From Candidatus Peribacteraceae bacterium (GTDB lineage: Bacteria; Patescibacteriota; Gracilibacteria; Peribacterales; Peribacteraceae), in the NCBI GenBank assembly GCA_028711445.1, contig JAQTSD010000003.1, forward strand, positions 3,329 through 67,328: a stretch of DNA of 64,000 bases, in the 5' to 3' direction. Positions 17,587-27,892 of this stretch are shown in pieces. A model generated the notes under the pieces. It saw nothing but the letters and a program-made list of their open reading frames with translations, was not told the DNA's origin and did no database searches. The stretch's first letter is position 1; every line of letters begins with the position of its first letter. The translations under genes and the position numbers were made by a program.

Positions 17587-17661
17587 GGGCGTGTGGGAAA
17601 ATATGCGACTACACGATACTCCTTCTCGGGGGAATATCTTTCGGTGAATCATCAAAATCGT

Positions 17662-18534
17662 TTATTGAGCGCTGCGCATTCCTCGTAGAAAAGCTCTCCG
17701 ATGGGTACCTGCCATGGTCGGCAGTAGCGCGCCGATGGCATAGGTGAATTTCTTCCAGCCCTCCGGCAAGCGGTCGAATCGCGAGACGAGACGTTTCATG
17801 CTGACGGCGGATGCTCCAAGGGTTTCCATGCGGGCAAGGGACTGCTCCAAGGTTATGTGATGATGGTGCAAAGCCTGCGCATCCGGTTCGTAGTAGAGCT
17901 GCACATCAGCGTCTCGTAGGCGCATTCCCCACTCGATATCCTCCCAACCGTAGAGGGATGCCTCTTTTAGAAATGGGTGTGTGCGTGCGATGAATGTGGG
18001 CAGGCTGATGTGGCTTGTGTAGGTGAAGAGATGTTGCTGGTCGCGTGGGACGAATGCGTGGGCGTATGATCGGAGGAACGGATAACCGAATTGCCAGCCG
18101 GACGTCTCGAGCCAGCGCATCACGGGAGTGATGCCAATGGCAGGATCCCACGTAGTGAAGCCGAGAACGGCGATAGCGGACTTCGTGCCGATTCCCTCTT
18201 CACGCAGGAGGCGGCGGTGTGCGATGAGGTGGTGTTCACATGCGTCTTCTCGCAGGAATGTGTCATCGCCGATGAACAAACATAGCGAACTGGTCGCTTG
18301 TGCAATGCCACGGTTACGAGCAACTCCCTGTTGGCTCTTCTCCACCTCCAGGAAGGTGATCGGGACACGGAAGCATTTCTCCGCCCGGAGGGCGGCTGTC
18401 TGTTCGTCATAGCCGTCGCTCACGACAATGACCTCGAGATCTTCGCGCACAGTTTGTCTGTCGAGGTGTCGCAGACACTCACGGAGGATATCCGTGCGCT
18501 TGTAAGTGGGAATGATGACGGAGAGGGAAGGCAC
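17662..18534 (-). CDS. Glycosyltransferase family 2
   Basis: N-terminal GT-A signature LSVIIPTYKRTDILRECLRHL ... VIVVSDG. Confidence 0.8.
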   Translation of the reverse strand: MPSLSVIIPTYKRTDILRECLRHLDRQTVREDLEVIVVSDGYDEQTAALRAEKCFRVPITFLEVEKSQQGVARNRGIAQATSSLCLFIGDDTFLREDACEHHLIAHRRLLREEGIGTKSAIAVLGFTTWDPAIGITPVMRWLETSGWQFGYPFLRSYAHAFVPRDQQHLFTYTSHISLPTFIARTHPFLKEASLYGWEDIEWGMRLRDADVQLYYEPDAQALHHHHITLEQSLARMETLGASAVSMKRLVSRFDRLPEGWKKFTYAIGALLPTMAGTHRRAFLRGMRSAQ

Positions 18535-18546
18535 GGGCGAGCGGAA

Positions 18547-18647
18547 GGAAAAATGAAAATTAAAAATTGAAAATTACCGTGAGTATGTCAGAGTGCATAG
18601 TCTACAGGGGATTTTGCATTTTGCAGTTCGCATTTTCCATTGTTTTC
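18547..18647. repeat. Mirror-arranged A-tract / T-tract oligo-repeats in the divergent GT2-tsaB intergenic region
   Basis: The plus strand reads ggaaaaatgaaaattaaaaattgaaaattacc (18547-18578), with a 7-nt period, then attttgcattttgcagttcgcattttccattgttttc (18611-18647), which ends at the tsaB ATG. Each gene therefore has the T-rich version on its own coding strand. Confidence 0.7.
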
Positions 18648-19259
18648 ATGCGCGCACTCTTCCTCGATATCGCCAGTCATACCGGCCTCCTTGCCTGCGT
18701 TCAGGATGATGGCGTTCGCAGTATTCGTATGATCGATCAACGCATTCGCGATCACGATTTGGTCATGCTCGCGGAAGAATCTCTCACAGAGGCGAAGTGG
18801 CAGTACCGTGATCTCACTCATTTGGCGTGCGTCACGGGTCCGGGCGGGTTCACGAGTCTGCGGGTGGGTGCTGCATTCATCAACACCCTCGCGGATCAGC
18901 TGAAGATTCCGGTTGCGGGGATTCACCTGAGCGATCTATGTGCGGCAAGAAGTGCCGCAAAAGACGATTTCCTCTGGTTGCACTCGACGAAAGCGCAAGA
19001 GCTCTTTGTCAGGGGTTTCGGATCATTCGCTCCCCTCTGGTCGGCGCCGATCCTACTCATACTTTCGGATGCCGTTCGGTGCGTTCCTGCGGGTGCTCCG
19101 TGGGTGGGGGAACTATTGCCGGCACAGCGCGACGCGCTCGTACCTCTTCACCTTCAGGAAGCGAGTATGCTTTCTCTTCCCGATATCCTTCCTACATTTC
19201 TGAAGTGTCAACCTTTCCGCTTGAAACCTGTCCAGCCGTGGTATGGAAGAAGCGGCTGA
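18648..19259 (+). CDS. tsaB: tRNA threonylcarbamoyladenosine biosynthesis protein TsaB (YeaZ family)
   Basis: LFLDIASHTGLLAC... and a GPGGFTSLRVGAAFINTLA motif. The ATG at 18648 is preferred over the track start 18567. Confidence 0.75.
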   Translation: MRALFLDIASHTGLLACVQDDGVRSIRMIDQRIRDHDLVMLAEESLTEAKWQYRDLTHLACVTGPGGFTSLRVGAAFINTLADQLKIPVAGIHLSDLCAARSAAKDDFLWLHSTKAQELFVRGFGSFAPLWSAPILLILSDAVRCVPAGAPWVGELLPAQRDALVPLHLQEASMLSLPDILPTFLKCQPFRLKPVQPWYGRSG

Positions 19260-19307
19260 TTTCTGCGTAGTGCTCCAATCTCTGCTATCCTTGGGACCCG
19301 TCAAACG

Positions 19308-22043
19308 ATGTCCATCCTCGACACTCTCAACCGGCTGCTCGGTGATCCCAACGAGCGCGAACTCAAAAAGATTCGTCCGATTGTTGCGGAAGTGAAGCGC
19401 GTCTTTCAGTCGGATGCCATCCGTGCTCTCACGGTAGAAGATCTGCCACGTAAGACGGAGGAATTTCGCAAGCGGCTACGGGAAGGGATGACGACGGATC
19501 AACTTCTTCCTGAGGCGTTCGCGGTTGCAGTACGAGCATGTGAGCTCATCAAGGGGCGTACGGCACAGATGGGAAAACAAACGTTCGTATGGGATATGGT
19601 ACCGTTCGATGTGCAGATACTCGGCGGCGTTACGCTCCATCGTGGGAACATCTCCGAGATGAAAACAGGAGAGGGCAAGACACTTGTCTGTACCTTGCCG
19701 GTGTACCTGAATGCCCTCACAGGCAAAGGAGTTCATGTCGTTACGGTGAATGATTATCTCGCGAAACGTGATGCATTCTGGATGGGTATGCTCTACACAG
19801 CGCTTGGTCTCACTGTGGGGAATGTCGTTCATGAGAAGAGCACACAGGAACGTCGTGAAGCGTACGCATCCGATGTCACCTATGGTACGAACAACGAGTT
19901 CGGCTTCGATTACTTGCGCGACAACATGGCACCCTCCGTCGCGCATCAAGTGCAGCGCGACCTTCACTATGCCATCGTGGACGAGGTCGACTCTATTCTC
20001 ATCGACGAGGCCCGTACGCCGCTTATCATCAGTCAGCCGGGAGAAGAGTCTACGGACAAATACTTACGCTATGCGCAGCTCGTACGGATGCTCGAGGAAA
20101 ATGTGCACTATAACAAAGATGAGAAGCAACGCGTCGCCACGCTCACGGAAGATGGAATCAAGAAGATGGAGGAGCTTCTCGGATTGGAGAATATTTACAC
20201 GGATAAAGGGTTCGAGGAGGTACACCACATCGAACAGGCATTGCGTGCGCATGCAATTTATCAACGTGATGTGGATTATGTCTCAAAGGATGGGGAAATC
20301 ATCATTGTCGATGAGTTCACGGGTCGTCTCATGCCTGGCCGACGCTACTCACATGGTCTCCATCAGGCGATCGAGGCAAAGGAAGGGGTGGAGGTGCAAC
20401 GCGAGTCGCGGACGCTTGCGACCATTACATTCCAGAACTATTTCCGTCTCTATAAGAAGCTCTCCGGCATGACGGGGACAGCGAAGACGGAGGAAGAGGA
20501 ATTTGAATCTATTTATAAACTGCGGACAATCGTTATCCCGACAAATAAACCGATGATTCGCACGGATAAATCCGACGCGATCTACCGGACAGTGGCTGCA
20601 AAATTCAAAGCAGTGGCGAAAATTGCAAAGGAGAAGTATGCCAGCGGACAACCGGTTCTCATCGGTACGACATCCATCGAGAAGTCCGAGGTTATGAGCT
20701 TGCTTCTCAAGGAAGAGGGAGTTCCTCATCAGGTGCTCAATGCGAAGCATCACGAAAAGGAAGCAGAAATTGTCGCACAGGCCGGCCAAAAGGGGGCCGT
20801 CACGATTGCGACGAATATGGCGGGTCGCGGAACAGATATCAAGCTCGGTCCTGAGGTATCTTCTCTCGGTGGGCTCTGTATCCTCGGTACGGAACGCCAC
20901 GAAGCGCGGCGTATCGACAACCAGCTCCGCGGTCGTGCCGGACGCCAAGGTGATCCCGGCGAGAGTTTGTTCTTTGTTTCCATGGAAGATGATCTCATGC
21001 GCCTCTTTGGTGGCGAGCGTCTAAAATCAATGATGGAGCGTCTTCATGTACCCGATGACGTTCCTCTCGAAAATGGCATGGTCTCGCGTTCTATCGAAGG
21101 GGCGCAGAAGAAGGTGGAGGGTTATCATTTCGACACCCGTCGGCATGTTGTGCAGTACGACGATGTGATGAATAAGCATCGTGAGATCATCTACAAGCGT
21201 CGACAGAAAATTCTTCTTAAGCTTGCAGAAAGCGAGGCAGAGCTCACAGATGAGACGGCAAAAGCGGAAGATCTTGCTGCTCAGCCACTTCATACTGATG
21301 TTATGCGGGCCATCAAAGAGCAAGTGGAAGGGCTCATAGCAGTGCACGCATCCAGCGTTGACCCCGAGCAATGGAACATCCGCGAAATTCGTGAATCGAT
21401 CATTGCATTCCATCCTGCATTCGAAAAAGCGGTCATGGCAGAGAAACTACGTTCATTCAATGAACGTGAGAATCTGCAGCGATCCCTCGAAACCCTTCTC
21501 CTCTCATTCTATGAGAAGAAGTGCGAGAAGGAGAACCCGCATACGATTGCTCTTGCTGAACGCATCGTCACGCTTCGGTCCATCGATACGCATTGGATGG
21601 ATCACATCGATGACATGGCGCATTTGCGAGAGCAGGTGGCCTTCTCCGGTTATGCGCAGCGTGATCCACTTGTTGAGTACAAAGATCAGGGTTTCCGGCG
21701 TTTTCAGCAGCTCATCGTTACCATCGACGCAACGATTGCTCGCACGCTCTTGCAAGTGGACTTCGCGCAATTTGCGCCGCGTACGTACCTGCGACGTATG
21801 CAGGAGGAAGTTGAGAATATTCAGACGAATGAATCGCAGATCGAAGAACAGCTCCAGCGGACGGGAGTGGATTCCCGCTCAGATGCCCCGAAAGAGGGGG
21901 AAAATCCTCTCGTCATGCGTGCTCCGCAGAAATCTCAGAATTCATCACAAAGTCAGCGGGCGATGCCGAAAGTCGGGCGCAACGATCCTTGCCCGTGTGG
22001 GAGCGGGAAGAAATATAAGAAATGTCATGGAAAGAAGGAATGA
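19308..22043 (+). CDS. secA: Preprotein translocase ATPase SecA
   Basis: 911 aa with canonical SecA motifs ([41 protein letters not shown]) and a C-terminal zinc-binding tail [14 protein letters not shown]. Confidence 0.97.
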   Translation: MSILDTLNRLLGDPNERELKKIRPIVAEVKRVFQSDAIRALTVEDLPRKTEEFRKRLREGMTTDQLLPEAFAVAVRACELIKGRTAQMGKQTFVWDMVPFDVQILGGVTLHRGNISEMKTGEGKTLVCTLPVYLNALTGKGVHVVTVNDYLAKRDAFWMGMLYTALGLTVGNVVHEKSTQERREAYASDVTYGTNNEFGFDYLRDNMAPSVAHQVQRDLHYAIVDEVDSILIDEARTPLIISQPGEESTDKYLRYAQLVRMLEENVHYNKDEKQRVATLTEDGIKKMEELLGLENIYTDKGFEEVHHIEQALRAHAIYQRDVDYVSKDGEIIIVDEFTGRLMPGRRYSHGLHQAIEAKEGVEVQRESRTLATITFQNYFRLYKKLSGMTGTAKTEEEEFESIYKLRTIVIPTNKPMIRTDKSDAIYRTVAAKFKAVAKIAKEKYASGQPVLIGTTSIEKSEVMSLLLKEEGVPHQVLNAKHHEKEAEIVAQAGQKGAVTIATNMAGRGTDIKLGPEVSSLGGLCILGTERHEARRIDNQLRGRAGRQGDPGESLFFVSMEDDLMRLFGGERLKSMMERLHVPDDVPLENGMVSRSIEGAQKKVEGYHFDTRRHVVQYDDVMNKHREIIYKRRQKILLKLAESEAELTDETAKAEDLAAQPLHTDVMRAIKEQVEGLIAVHASSVDPEQWNIREIRESIIAFHPAFEKAVMAEKLRSFNERENLQRSLETLLLSFYEKKCEKENPHTIALAERIVTLRSIDTHWMDHIDDMAHLREQVAFSGYAQRDPLVEYKDQGFRRFQQLIVTIDATIARTLLQVDFAQFAPRTYLRRMQEEVENIQTNESQIEEQLQRTGVDSRSDAPKEGENPLVMRAPQKSQNSSQSQRAMPKVGRNDPCPCGSGKKYKKCHGKKE

Positions 22044-22096
22044 AGCAGCCATTAGCCATCCCGAATCTTCTTCTTTCGTGCTAGCATAGGTTCCCC

Positions 22097-23068
22097 ATGC
22101 TCCGGAATCCGGACATTGTCGGTCACGCGGATCAGATTGCTCAATTGCAGGCGGATCTTGCCGCCGGCAACGTCGCTCATGCATATCTCTTCTCAGGAAG
22201 TCGACATCTTGGGAAGATGACTGTCGCGCGATGGTTTACATTACAGCTATTGTGTGACGGAGTTGCGCCGGAATCGCATGAACAGGTGAGCGGACAGGTG
22301 GTACGTCTTGTACATCCCGATCTGCTCGTCCTCGATCAGCTGTGGATGGAGGGTACGTGCGAAGATTGGGAGGTCATTGCGAGATCCTCCAATGCTTCGC
22401 AGCAGGAACGTGCGAAGAATGGTGCCAAGACGGACACGATTGGTATTGATGATGTCCGTGCGTTGCAAGAACGTCTCTACGAGACTGGTACAAGCAAATG
22501 GCGTTGCTGCATTATCCGTTCCATTGAACGGATGCAGGATCCGGCAGCCAGCGCCTTTCTAAAGATTCTCGAAGAGCCACCACCCGGTCTCGTCTTTCTC
22601 CTTACGACACAAGCATTCCCATCTCTTCTTCCTACGATCATCTCCCGTTCACGCGTACTTCATTTCCATCATCTGCCGAGTCGGGATATCGCAGGGCTTC
22701 TCGGCGAGATGGCAGAGGATGATATCCACTTCATCCTCCATCTGGCACAAGGGGTACCAGGGATTGCTTTTCAATTGAAAGAGAGCCCCGATGCCCTGCG
22801 CACCCAGCGACTCATGCACTCAAAAGCCCAATCATTCTGGCAGTCGAAATCTCTGCGGGAACGGATGCAACTCCTCACGCCGGTTCATGAGCGCGGAGAA
22901 GAGGCTCAGCTCTTTCTCACGCACCTTGCCCTTGCTTTACGTGAGCAGATGCCGAAAGTTCCGATAACGCAGTCTCATGCCCTCACTGATCTCATCAGGG
23001 GATTGGGGACAAATGCGCATCGGCAACTCATTGCTCAGAGATTTGCCCTACAAGTGACTTCACGATAG
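22097..23068 (+). CDS. holB: DNA polymerase III subunit delta'
   Basis: AHAYLFSGSRHLGKMTVA degenerate P-loop and FLKILEEPPPGLVFLLTT clamp-loader motif. Confidence 0.8.
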   Translation: MLRNPDIVGHADQIAQLQADLAAGNVAHAYLFSGSRHLGKMTVARWFTLQLLCDGVAPESHEQVSGQVVRLVHPDLLVLDQLWMEGTCEDWEVIARSSNASQQERAKNGAKTDTIGIDDVRALQERLYETGTSKWRCCIIRSIERMQDPAASAFLKILEEPPPGLVFLLTTQAFPSLLPTIISRSRVLHFHHLPSRDIAGLLGEMAEDDIHFILHLAQGVPGIAFQLKESPDALRTQRLMHSKAQSFWQSKSLRERMQLLTPVHERGEEAQLFLTHLALALREQMPKVPITQSHALTDLIRGLGTNAHRQLIAQRFALQVTSR

Positions 23069-23112
23069 TCACTCGGCTCCTTGCCCGCTATCGAAGCCAA
23101 TGCTAGCCTTCT

Positions 23113-23883
23113 TTGCCGTTGATTTACGTTTTTGTCCTCTTCGGCTCTCTCTTTGTCATCCTCCTCATTTTGGGGATGCGTCTGCTACTTAAAAATCGTG
23201 CCGTACGTAAGTTTGTACGAAGCATCCGTGCGCGCGTGCAATCTGCAGAGGATCGCGGAGCTGTCCTCATTGAGGAAACCTACATTCCTCGTCCAAAGAA
23301 AAGCCCCCGCACATCGGCGGTGGAGCTTCAGCAGGTGCGTTCACTCGTGCGACTTGCGGAAAAAGCTTTCGCTCAGTCGAAAGTGGAGGAGGCTGAGAGG
23401 CTCCTCATCCAAGCGCTCACTATCAGTCCGAATGCCTATGATGTCCGAGCACAGTTGGCCAAGCTCTATCTTGTGACGGAACGGGAACCGAAAGCGGAAG
23501 CGATGTATAGAGAGCTTTTGCCGTATTGCGATGATGTGTCTTTTCACGCGAATCTCGGGCTTGCTTACTATCGTCAAGCAAAGTATATCGAGGCCTGTCA
23601 GGCGTATCAGGAGGCACTCAATCGGGATCCCAAGAGCGCGGAACGTTCAGCGGCACTCGGTCGAGCATGCATTGCCGCGCATCGATTCAAGGAGGCGGTT
23701 CCACTCCTTGAGAAGGCGACAACGCGCCTCTGTCGTGATATCGAATTACTTCATCTTCTTGCGGAGTGTCATCTGCAGCTTGGAGATGTTGTGAAGGCTG
23801 AGGAAGTCTATCGGCGTATCAATAAACTTGAGCCATACAATGAAGAGGTGAAGGCAAAATTGAGCACGTTGGCACAAGGATGA
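23113..23883 (+). CDS. Membrane-anchored tetratricopeptide-repeat protein
   Basis: TTG start. It has an N-terminal TM (IYVFVLFGSLFVILLILG) followed by TPR-like repeats (AYDVRAQLAKLYL, ANLGLAYYRQAKYIEACQAYQEALNRDP...). Confidence 0.75.
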   Translation: MPLIYVFVLFGSLFVILLILGMRLLLKNRAVRKFVRSIRARVQSAEDRGAVLIEETYIPRPKKSPRTSAVELQQVRSLVRLAEKAFAQSKVEEAERLLIQALTISPNAYDVRAQLAKLYLVTEREPKAEAMYRELLPYCDDVSFHANLGLAYYRQAKYIEACQAYQEALNRDPKSAERSAALGRACIAAHRFKEAVPLLEKATTRLCRDIELLHLLAECHLQLGDVVKAEEVYRRINKLEPYNEEVKAKLSTLAQG

Positions 23884-23897
23884 CAGGAGGAGGATAC

Positions 23898-23926
23898 AAA
23901 AGGGGGCGGCTGAAGCCGCCCCCTTT
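23898..23926. terminator. Bidirectional intrinsic terminator
   Basis: AAAAGGGGGCGGC-TGAA-GCCGCCCCCTTT lies between the convergent TPR gene (stop 23883) and the surface-protein gene (stop 23946). A/T runs flank both sides. Confidence 0.8.
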
Positions 23927-23945
23927 GAAAGCATACTGTTGAAGC

Positions 23946-25757
23946 CTATTTCAAGCCGCGTTTCACCATCCTCGCCGCCCGTCGAGCAGATGCTCGGTCG
24001 AGAGCTGCCTGCCTAGCTGCCTTTCTTGCGGCCACTCTGCTCTGAAGGCCGGAAGGGCCTCCAACGGGAGTGGAAATAACAGGCGTGGAGTTTTTCGGGG
24101 CAGTTGGAGTGGAAGCAAGCTTGGAAGCGGTGGAAGCTGAACGCCGACCACCTCCGCCACCAGAAGACGTGCCGGAAGTCGCAGCTGTGGCAGCAGTCGT
24201 GGCGACAGTGAAGGTCCAGTTGGTGTTGTTGCCGCTATCGGTGCAGCCCGTGGTGCAGGCGAGGGGGGTGACGTGAGCGTTATTTGAATCTTTTACGTCG
24301 AGGTAACTCGTGGAACGGGGCCCGTTTGAGGCGAGGATCTTGAAAGCGGTTCCCGAAACTCCAGAACGCAAGCTCAGAAGATTCCCGTCGGTACCTTTGA
24401 GGATCAAATCAGCTGCGATGAAGATTCCTTCGGTCGGATAAATGGTGAGCGTGTAAGCTGAAGTGACACTCTTTGTCAGCTTGTTGACAAGGAAGGAGCC
24501 ACTCATCGTTTGGTTCGTACCGTCGAGAGTCATCGTTCCGGCAGATTGTGAAAAGGTAGCCAAACGATTGACCGTGACATTCCCCGCAAGAAATGCGTTA
24601 CCGATGGCCATCGACGCTTGAGCGGCATCGGCGAGTGTCACATTTCCGTCGATGTTCATATCGAGGGAGTTGCTTGCGGTATCGAGATTTCCCAAGGTGA
24701 TGACAAGAGCACCCGAGCAACGGAGTATTCCGCCAGCAACAGTGATGTCGTCACTCGTTCCGCCTCCCGAATTATTGATAGTTAAGTTGTAGAGGGACTG
24801 ACCGTCGATATCGAGAGCCTGATCGGCCGAGCCGTTCAGGGTGAGGGTTCCTCCTGAGACTGTAAGTGTTGCTGCATCTCCGACCGAGATATTTCCAGCG
24901 ACCGCCCAGTTGGATTCCGTGACCATTGTTGCTTGTGCGGCATTGGCAATGGTGACGTTCCCTTCCACATTCAATCGGTTGTTGTTCGTATCAAGATCGA
25001 GGTTACCCAGGGTGATCGTGAGCGAACCTGAGAGGGCAAGACCTCCATTGACGTTCACATGAACGTCATCGTTTGTTGTCCCTCCGGCGTTATTCAGTGT
25101 GAGATTCTGGAAGACCTTCGTCACGTTCGCCCCAATCGTGAAGTTCTGGTCGATGTTGCCGTTCAGGGTGAGGGTGCCAGTAGACGAGAATTGAGGAACA
25201 ACGGTGCCACCCTTGGTGACGGAGAGCGAACCGGAGAGGGTTGTGGTGTTCTGAAGACCTGTAACGTAGCCTCCTGTCTGCGTGAAGTTTCCGAGGATCG
25301 TCACCGCAGCGTTTCCTCCGATGAGCTTTCCGCTTCCCATCTTTACGCCGCCGACTCCGATGGAGAGCGTGCCCGTTCCCTGCAAGAGAGAGCCTGTCCA
25401 GACGTTATTGATGACGAGGCCGGCGATCGAGACGGCGCTGCGAATGCGGACTTGCGCTCCGCTGGAGAAGAGGACGACCGTATCGCTCGCTCCAGGAATG
25501 CCGGCACCGGCCGGCCCTTTGGGGATGGAAGCCCAGTTGGTTGCCGACTCCCAACGACCGAGTTCGGTAGCTGCCCCTGCCCAGTAGTACGTCGCAGCTT
25601 GTGCGGGAACGCTCATCAGGAAGAAAAGCGCGAGACCGATGGCAAGAAAAATTGCTGCGCGTAGCAAATACTTGTCAGAGGATAAAAAGTATTCCATATA
25701 GTCTGAGAGGAACAGAATATTGGAGGGATATTCCCACTTTTGCTTCTTCTGATGCAA
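23946..25757 (-). CDS. Secreted repeat-rich beta-helix-like surface protein (adhesin-like)
   Basis: Signal or anchor LLRAAIFLAIGLALFFLMSVPAQA, then ATYYWAG...W...NW. There are about 2.5 internal repeats of ~105 aa (TLTLNG..DQ...NLT[LI]NN.GG.T.DD...SG.L.ITLGNLD...). The tail is Thr/Ala/Gly-rich and then basic. An alternative start is at 25697. Confidence 0.7.
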   Translation of the reverse strand: MHQKKQKWEYPSNILFLSDYMEYFLSSDKYLLRAAIFLAIGLALFFLMSVPAQAATYYWAGAATELGRWESATNWASIPKGPAGAGIPGASDTVVLFSSGAQVRIRSAVSIAGLVINNVWTGSLLQGTGTLSIGVGGVKMGSGKLIGGNAAVTILGNFTQTGGYVTGLQNTTTLSGSLSVTKGGTVVPQFSSTGTLTLNGNIDQNFTIGANVTKVFQNLTLNNAGGTTNDDVHVNVNGGLALSGSLTITLGNLDLDTNNNRLNVEGNVTIANAAQATMVTESNWAVAGNISVGDAATLTVSGGTLTLNGSADQALDIDGQSLYNLTINNSGGGTSDDITVAGGILRCSGALVITLGNLDTASNSLDMNIDGNVTLADAAQASMAIGNAFLAGNVTVNRLATFSQSAGTMTLDGTNQTMSGSFLVNKLTKSVTSAYTLTIYPTEGIFIAADLILKGTDGNLLSLRSGVSGTAFKILASNGPRSTSYLDVKDSNNAHVTPLACTTGCTDSGNNTNWTFTVATTAATAATSGTSSGGGGGRRSASTASKLASTPTAPKNSTPVISTPVGGPSGLQSRVAARKAARQAALDRASARRAARMVKRGLK

Positions 25758-25838
25758 TTTGTTGGGCTTTCCTGTATCGGCAAAAGAGTACGTATTAACA
25801 ATGGTTGGCAGAGGCTGTCCATTCTTTTTCTTAATCTT

Positions 25839-26117
25839 TTAATCTTCTTCTATTTCCACGGTAACATCCTCTTCCACAGTTGCCTGGCAGCCAAGACGCT
25901 CAGGAGGGGTAATGCCAAAATTGCGCTCATTGTCATTTATTGGGCTGACGTGAGAGCTTTCCTTTACCTTGCAACGGCATGTGCCGCAGAATCCCATGCC
26001 GCCGCAGGCAGCTTCCATGGGAATACCTGCCTCGAGGGCAATTTTGAGAATCGTATCGCCTTTTTGTCCTTCCACTTCTCTCTTCTGTCCAGAGACAATG
26101 AATGTCACTTTCGGCAT
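25839..26117 (-). CDS. 2Fe-2S ferredoxin
   Basis: 92 aa with the CGGMGFCGTCRC cluster-binding motif. It is divergent from sufC. Confidence 0.8.
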   Translation of the reverse strand: MPKVTFIVSGQKREVEGQKGDTILKIALEAGIPMEAACGGMGFCGTCRCKVKESSHVSPINDNERNFGITPPERLGCQATVEEDVTVEIEED

Positions 26118-26218
26118 GGAGAAAGTATGGATCGTTTGGCTGATGGTAGCCAGTTTTTTTTAAGAAAACGTGGCCATCTTCTTCCGTATGCTGAATACTG
26201 CGGGCATCGATAGTTTCT

Positions 26219-27013
26219 ATGGTGCGGACGCCCCCACTCCTTACCGTCACACAACTCCACGCTTCCGTGGCAGGTCATCCGATTCTCCATGGAGTCGATT
26301 TGGTCGTTCGTGCCGGAGAAATCCACGTCATTATGGGGCCGAATGGTGCGGGGAAATCCACATTTGTACATGCATTGATGGGTCATCCGTCCGTTTCGGT
26401 GACGAAAGGAAAGGCTCTCTTCCGTGGGAGCAATCTCTTCGACCTGTCCCCCGACGAGCGTGCCGGAACAGGCCTTTTTCTTGCGTTTCAATATCCGCGG
26501 GAAATTGCAGGTGTGACTTTGGGGTCGTTGCTCTTCAGCGCGTACCGTGCGCTGACTCCCGATCAGGTGGTAGGCAAAGAGAGAATGACACCGGTGAAGT
26601 TTCGTGCGCATTGCGAACATAAAGCCCGAGAACTTCATATGAACAGCGCATTCCTCGAACGGCCAGTCAATGTCGGATTCTCCGGTGGAGAGAAAAAGAA
26701 AGCGGAGATTCTCCAGCTGGCTGTTCTGCGACCAACCTTGGCCCTACTCGATGAGACGGATTCCGGTCTCGACATCGATGCGCTCAAGGCGATCTCTCAA
26801 GGGGTGCAGTCTCTACGAGGCAAGCGGTTCTCCGCACTTCTCGTTACACATTACGCCCGTATTCTCCATCATCTGAAACCCGACAAAGTGCATATTATGA
26901 TTGCCGGATCCATCGTCGAGAGCGGCGGCGTTGCACTTGCCAGACGGCTCGAACGCGAAGGGTATGCGAGATATGGAAAGAAAGAGGAGAGTGCCGTGCG
27001 CATGAAGCTCTAG
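26219..27013 (+). CDS. sufC: Fe-S cluster assembly ATPase SufC
   Basis: IMGPNGAGKSTFVHALMGHP Walker A, FSGGEKKKAEILQLAVL signature, LALLDETDSGLDIDAL Walker B. Confidence 0.9.
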   Translation: MVRTPPLLTVTQLHASVAGHPILHGVDLVVRAGEIHVIMGPNGAGKSTFVHALMGHPSVSVTKGKALFRGSNLFDLSPDERAGTGLFLAFQYPREIAGVTLGSLLFSAYRALTPDQVVGKERMTPVKFRAHCEHKARELHMNSAFLERPVNVGFSGGEKKKAEILQLAVLRPTLALLDETDSGLDIDALKAISQGVQSLRGKRFSALLVTHYARILHHLKPDKVHIMIAGSIVESGGVALARRLEREGYARYGKKEESAVRMKL

Positions 27014-27055
27014 AACAAACTACAATGGTCCGGGACGCTCACCTTTTCTTTTCAT

Positions 27056-27844
27056 ATGTTCAAGGTACGATATATCCCCCTTCCCCCCTTATCTATGGAA
27101 GAGCAGAACCTCCACATTCATCCGCCTGTGATCACGCTCCTTGTCGTGACACTGCTTATCGGTGGTTTCTACCTCACTGGTAAATACCTTGAGAAACAGG
27201 ATCTCACCCCCGTTATGATTTCCGTGGACGCCGATGGCAAAGCCGCGGCAATTCCGGATATCGCTGTCGTGAGTTTCGGTGTGCAGACCGGACGCCAAAG
27301 TTCGGCGCAACAAGCCATGAAGATTCTCACGGGTAAGATGAATGACATCATCGCCGTGGTGAAGCAGCAGGGCATTGAGGACAAGGATGTTTCCACTGCC
27401 TCTCTCTCGCTCTATCCCGCGTACGATTGGGACGAAGGCCGACAGATTCCACGCGGGTTCGAAGCGTCGCAGAATCTGCAGGTGAAAGTGCGCGATCTCG
27501 ATAAGATTGGTGCGATTCTCTCTGCTGTGACGACGGCCGGTGCCAATCAGGTAGGAGGCGTCAATTTCACTATTGATGACGCAGAGACGCTCAAGGCTAT
27601 GGCACGCGAGAAAGCCATTCAAAAAGCTGAGGCCAAGGCGCAGCAATTGGCAACACAGCTCGGTATGAAGATTAAGAAACTGAAAGCATTCTCCGAGGGC
27701 GGGGGGTACGTTCCGCCCATGCCCTATACAAAAGCGAATGTGATGATGGACTCGGCCGGTGGCCGTGCGTTGGAGGAGATGGCTGTGCCGGTCGGGGAGC
27801 AGGAAATCACCGTGAATGTCACGATGACGTACGAGATGGAGTGA
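27056..27844 (+). CDS. SIMPL/DUF541-domain protein (membrane-anchored)
   Basis: N-terminal TM, then a SIMPL-like pattern (ASLSLYPAYDW..., GFEASQNLQVKVRDLDKIGAIL, GANQVGGVNFTIDD..., ARTKAIQKA-like KAIQKAEAKAQQLA). Confidence 0.7.
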   Translation: MFKVRYIPLPPLSMEEQNLHIHPPVITLLVVTLLIGGFYLTGKYLEKQDLTPVMISVDADGKAAAIPDIAVVSFGVQTGRQSSAQQAMKILTGKMNDIIAVVKQQGIEDKDVSTASLSLYPAYDWDEGRQIPRGFEASQNLQVKVRDLDKIGAILSAVTTAGANQVGGVNFTIDDAETLKAMAREKAIQKAEAKAQQLATQLGMKIKKLKAFSEGGGYVPPMPYTKANVMMDSAGGRALEEMAVPVGEQEITVNVTMTYEME

Positions 27845-27892
27845 CTTTTCAATGGATATGGAAAGAGGCCGCTCGCATGTCGGGCGGTTTCT

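Noticed and set aside
17165-18647. The short tandem A/T-tract repeats as a CRISPR array or minisatellite.
   Set aside because: The units are only 6-8 nt with no spacers of unique sequence. The arrays are about 30 nt long and sit in 5' leaders. No cas genes are present.
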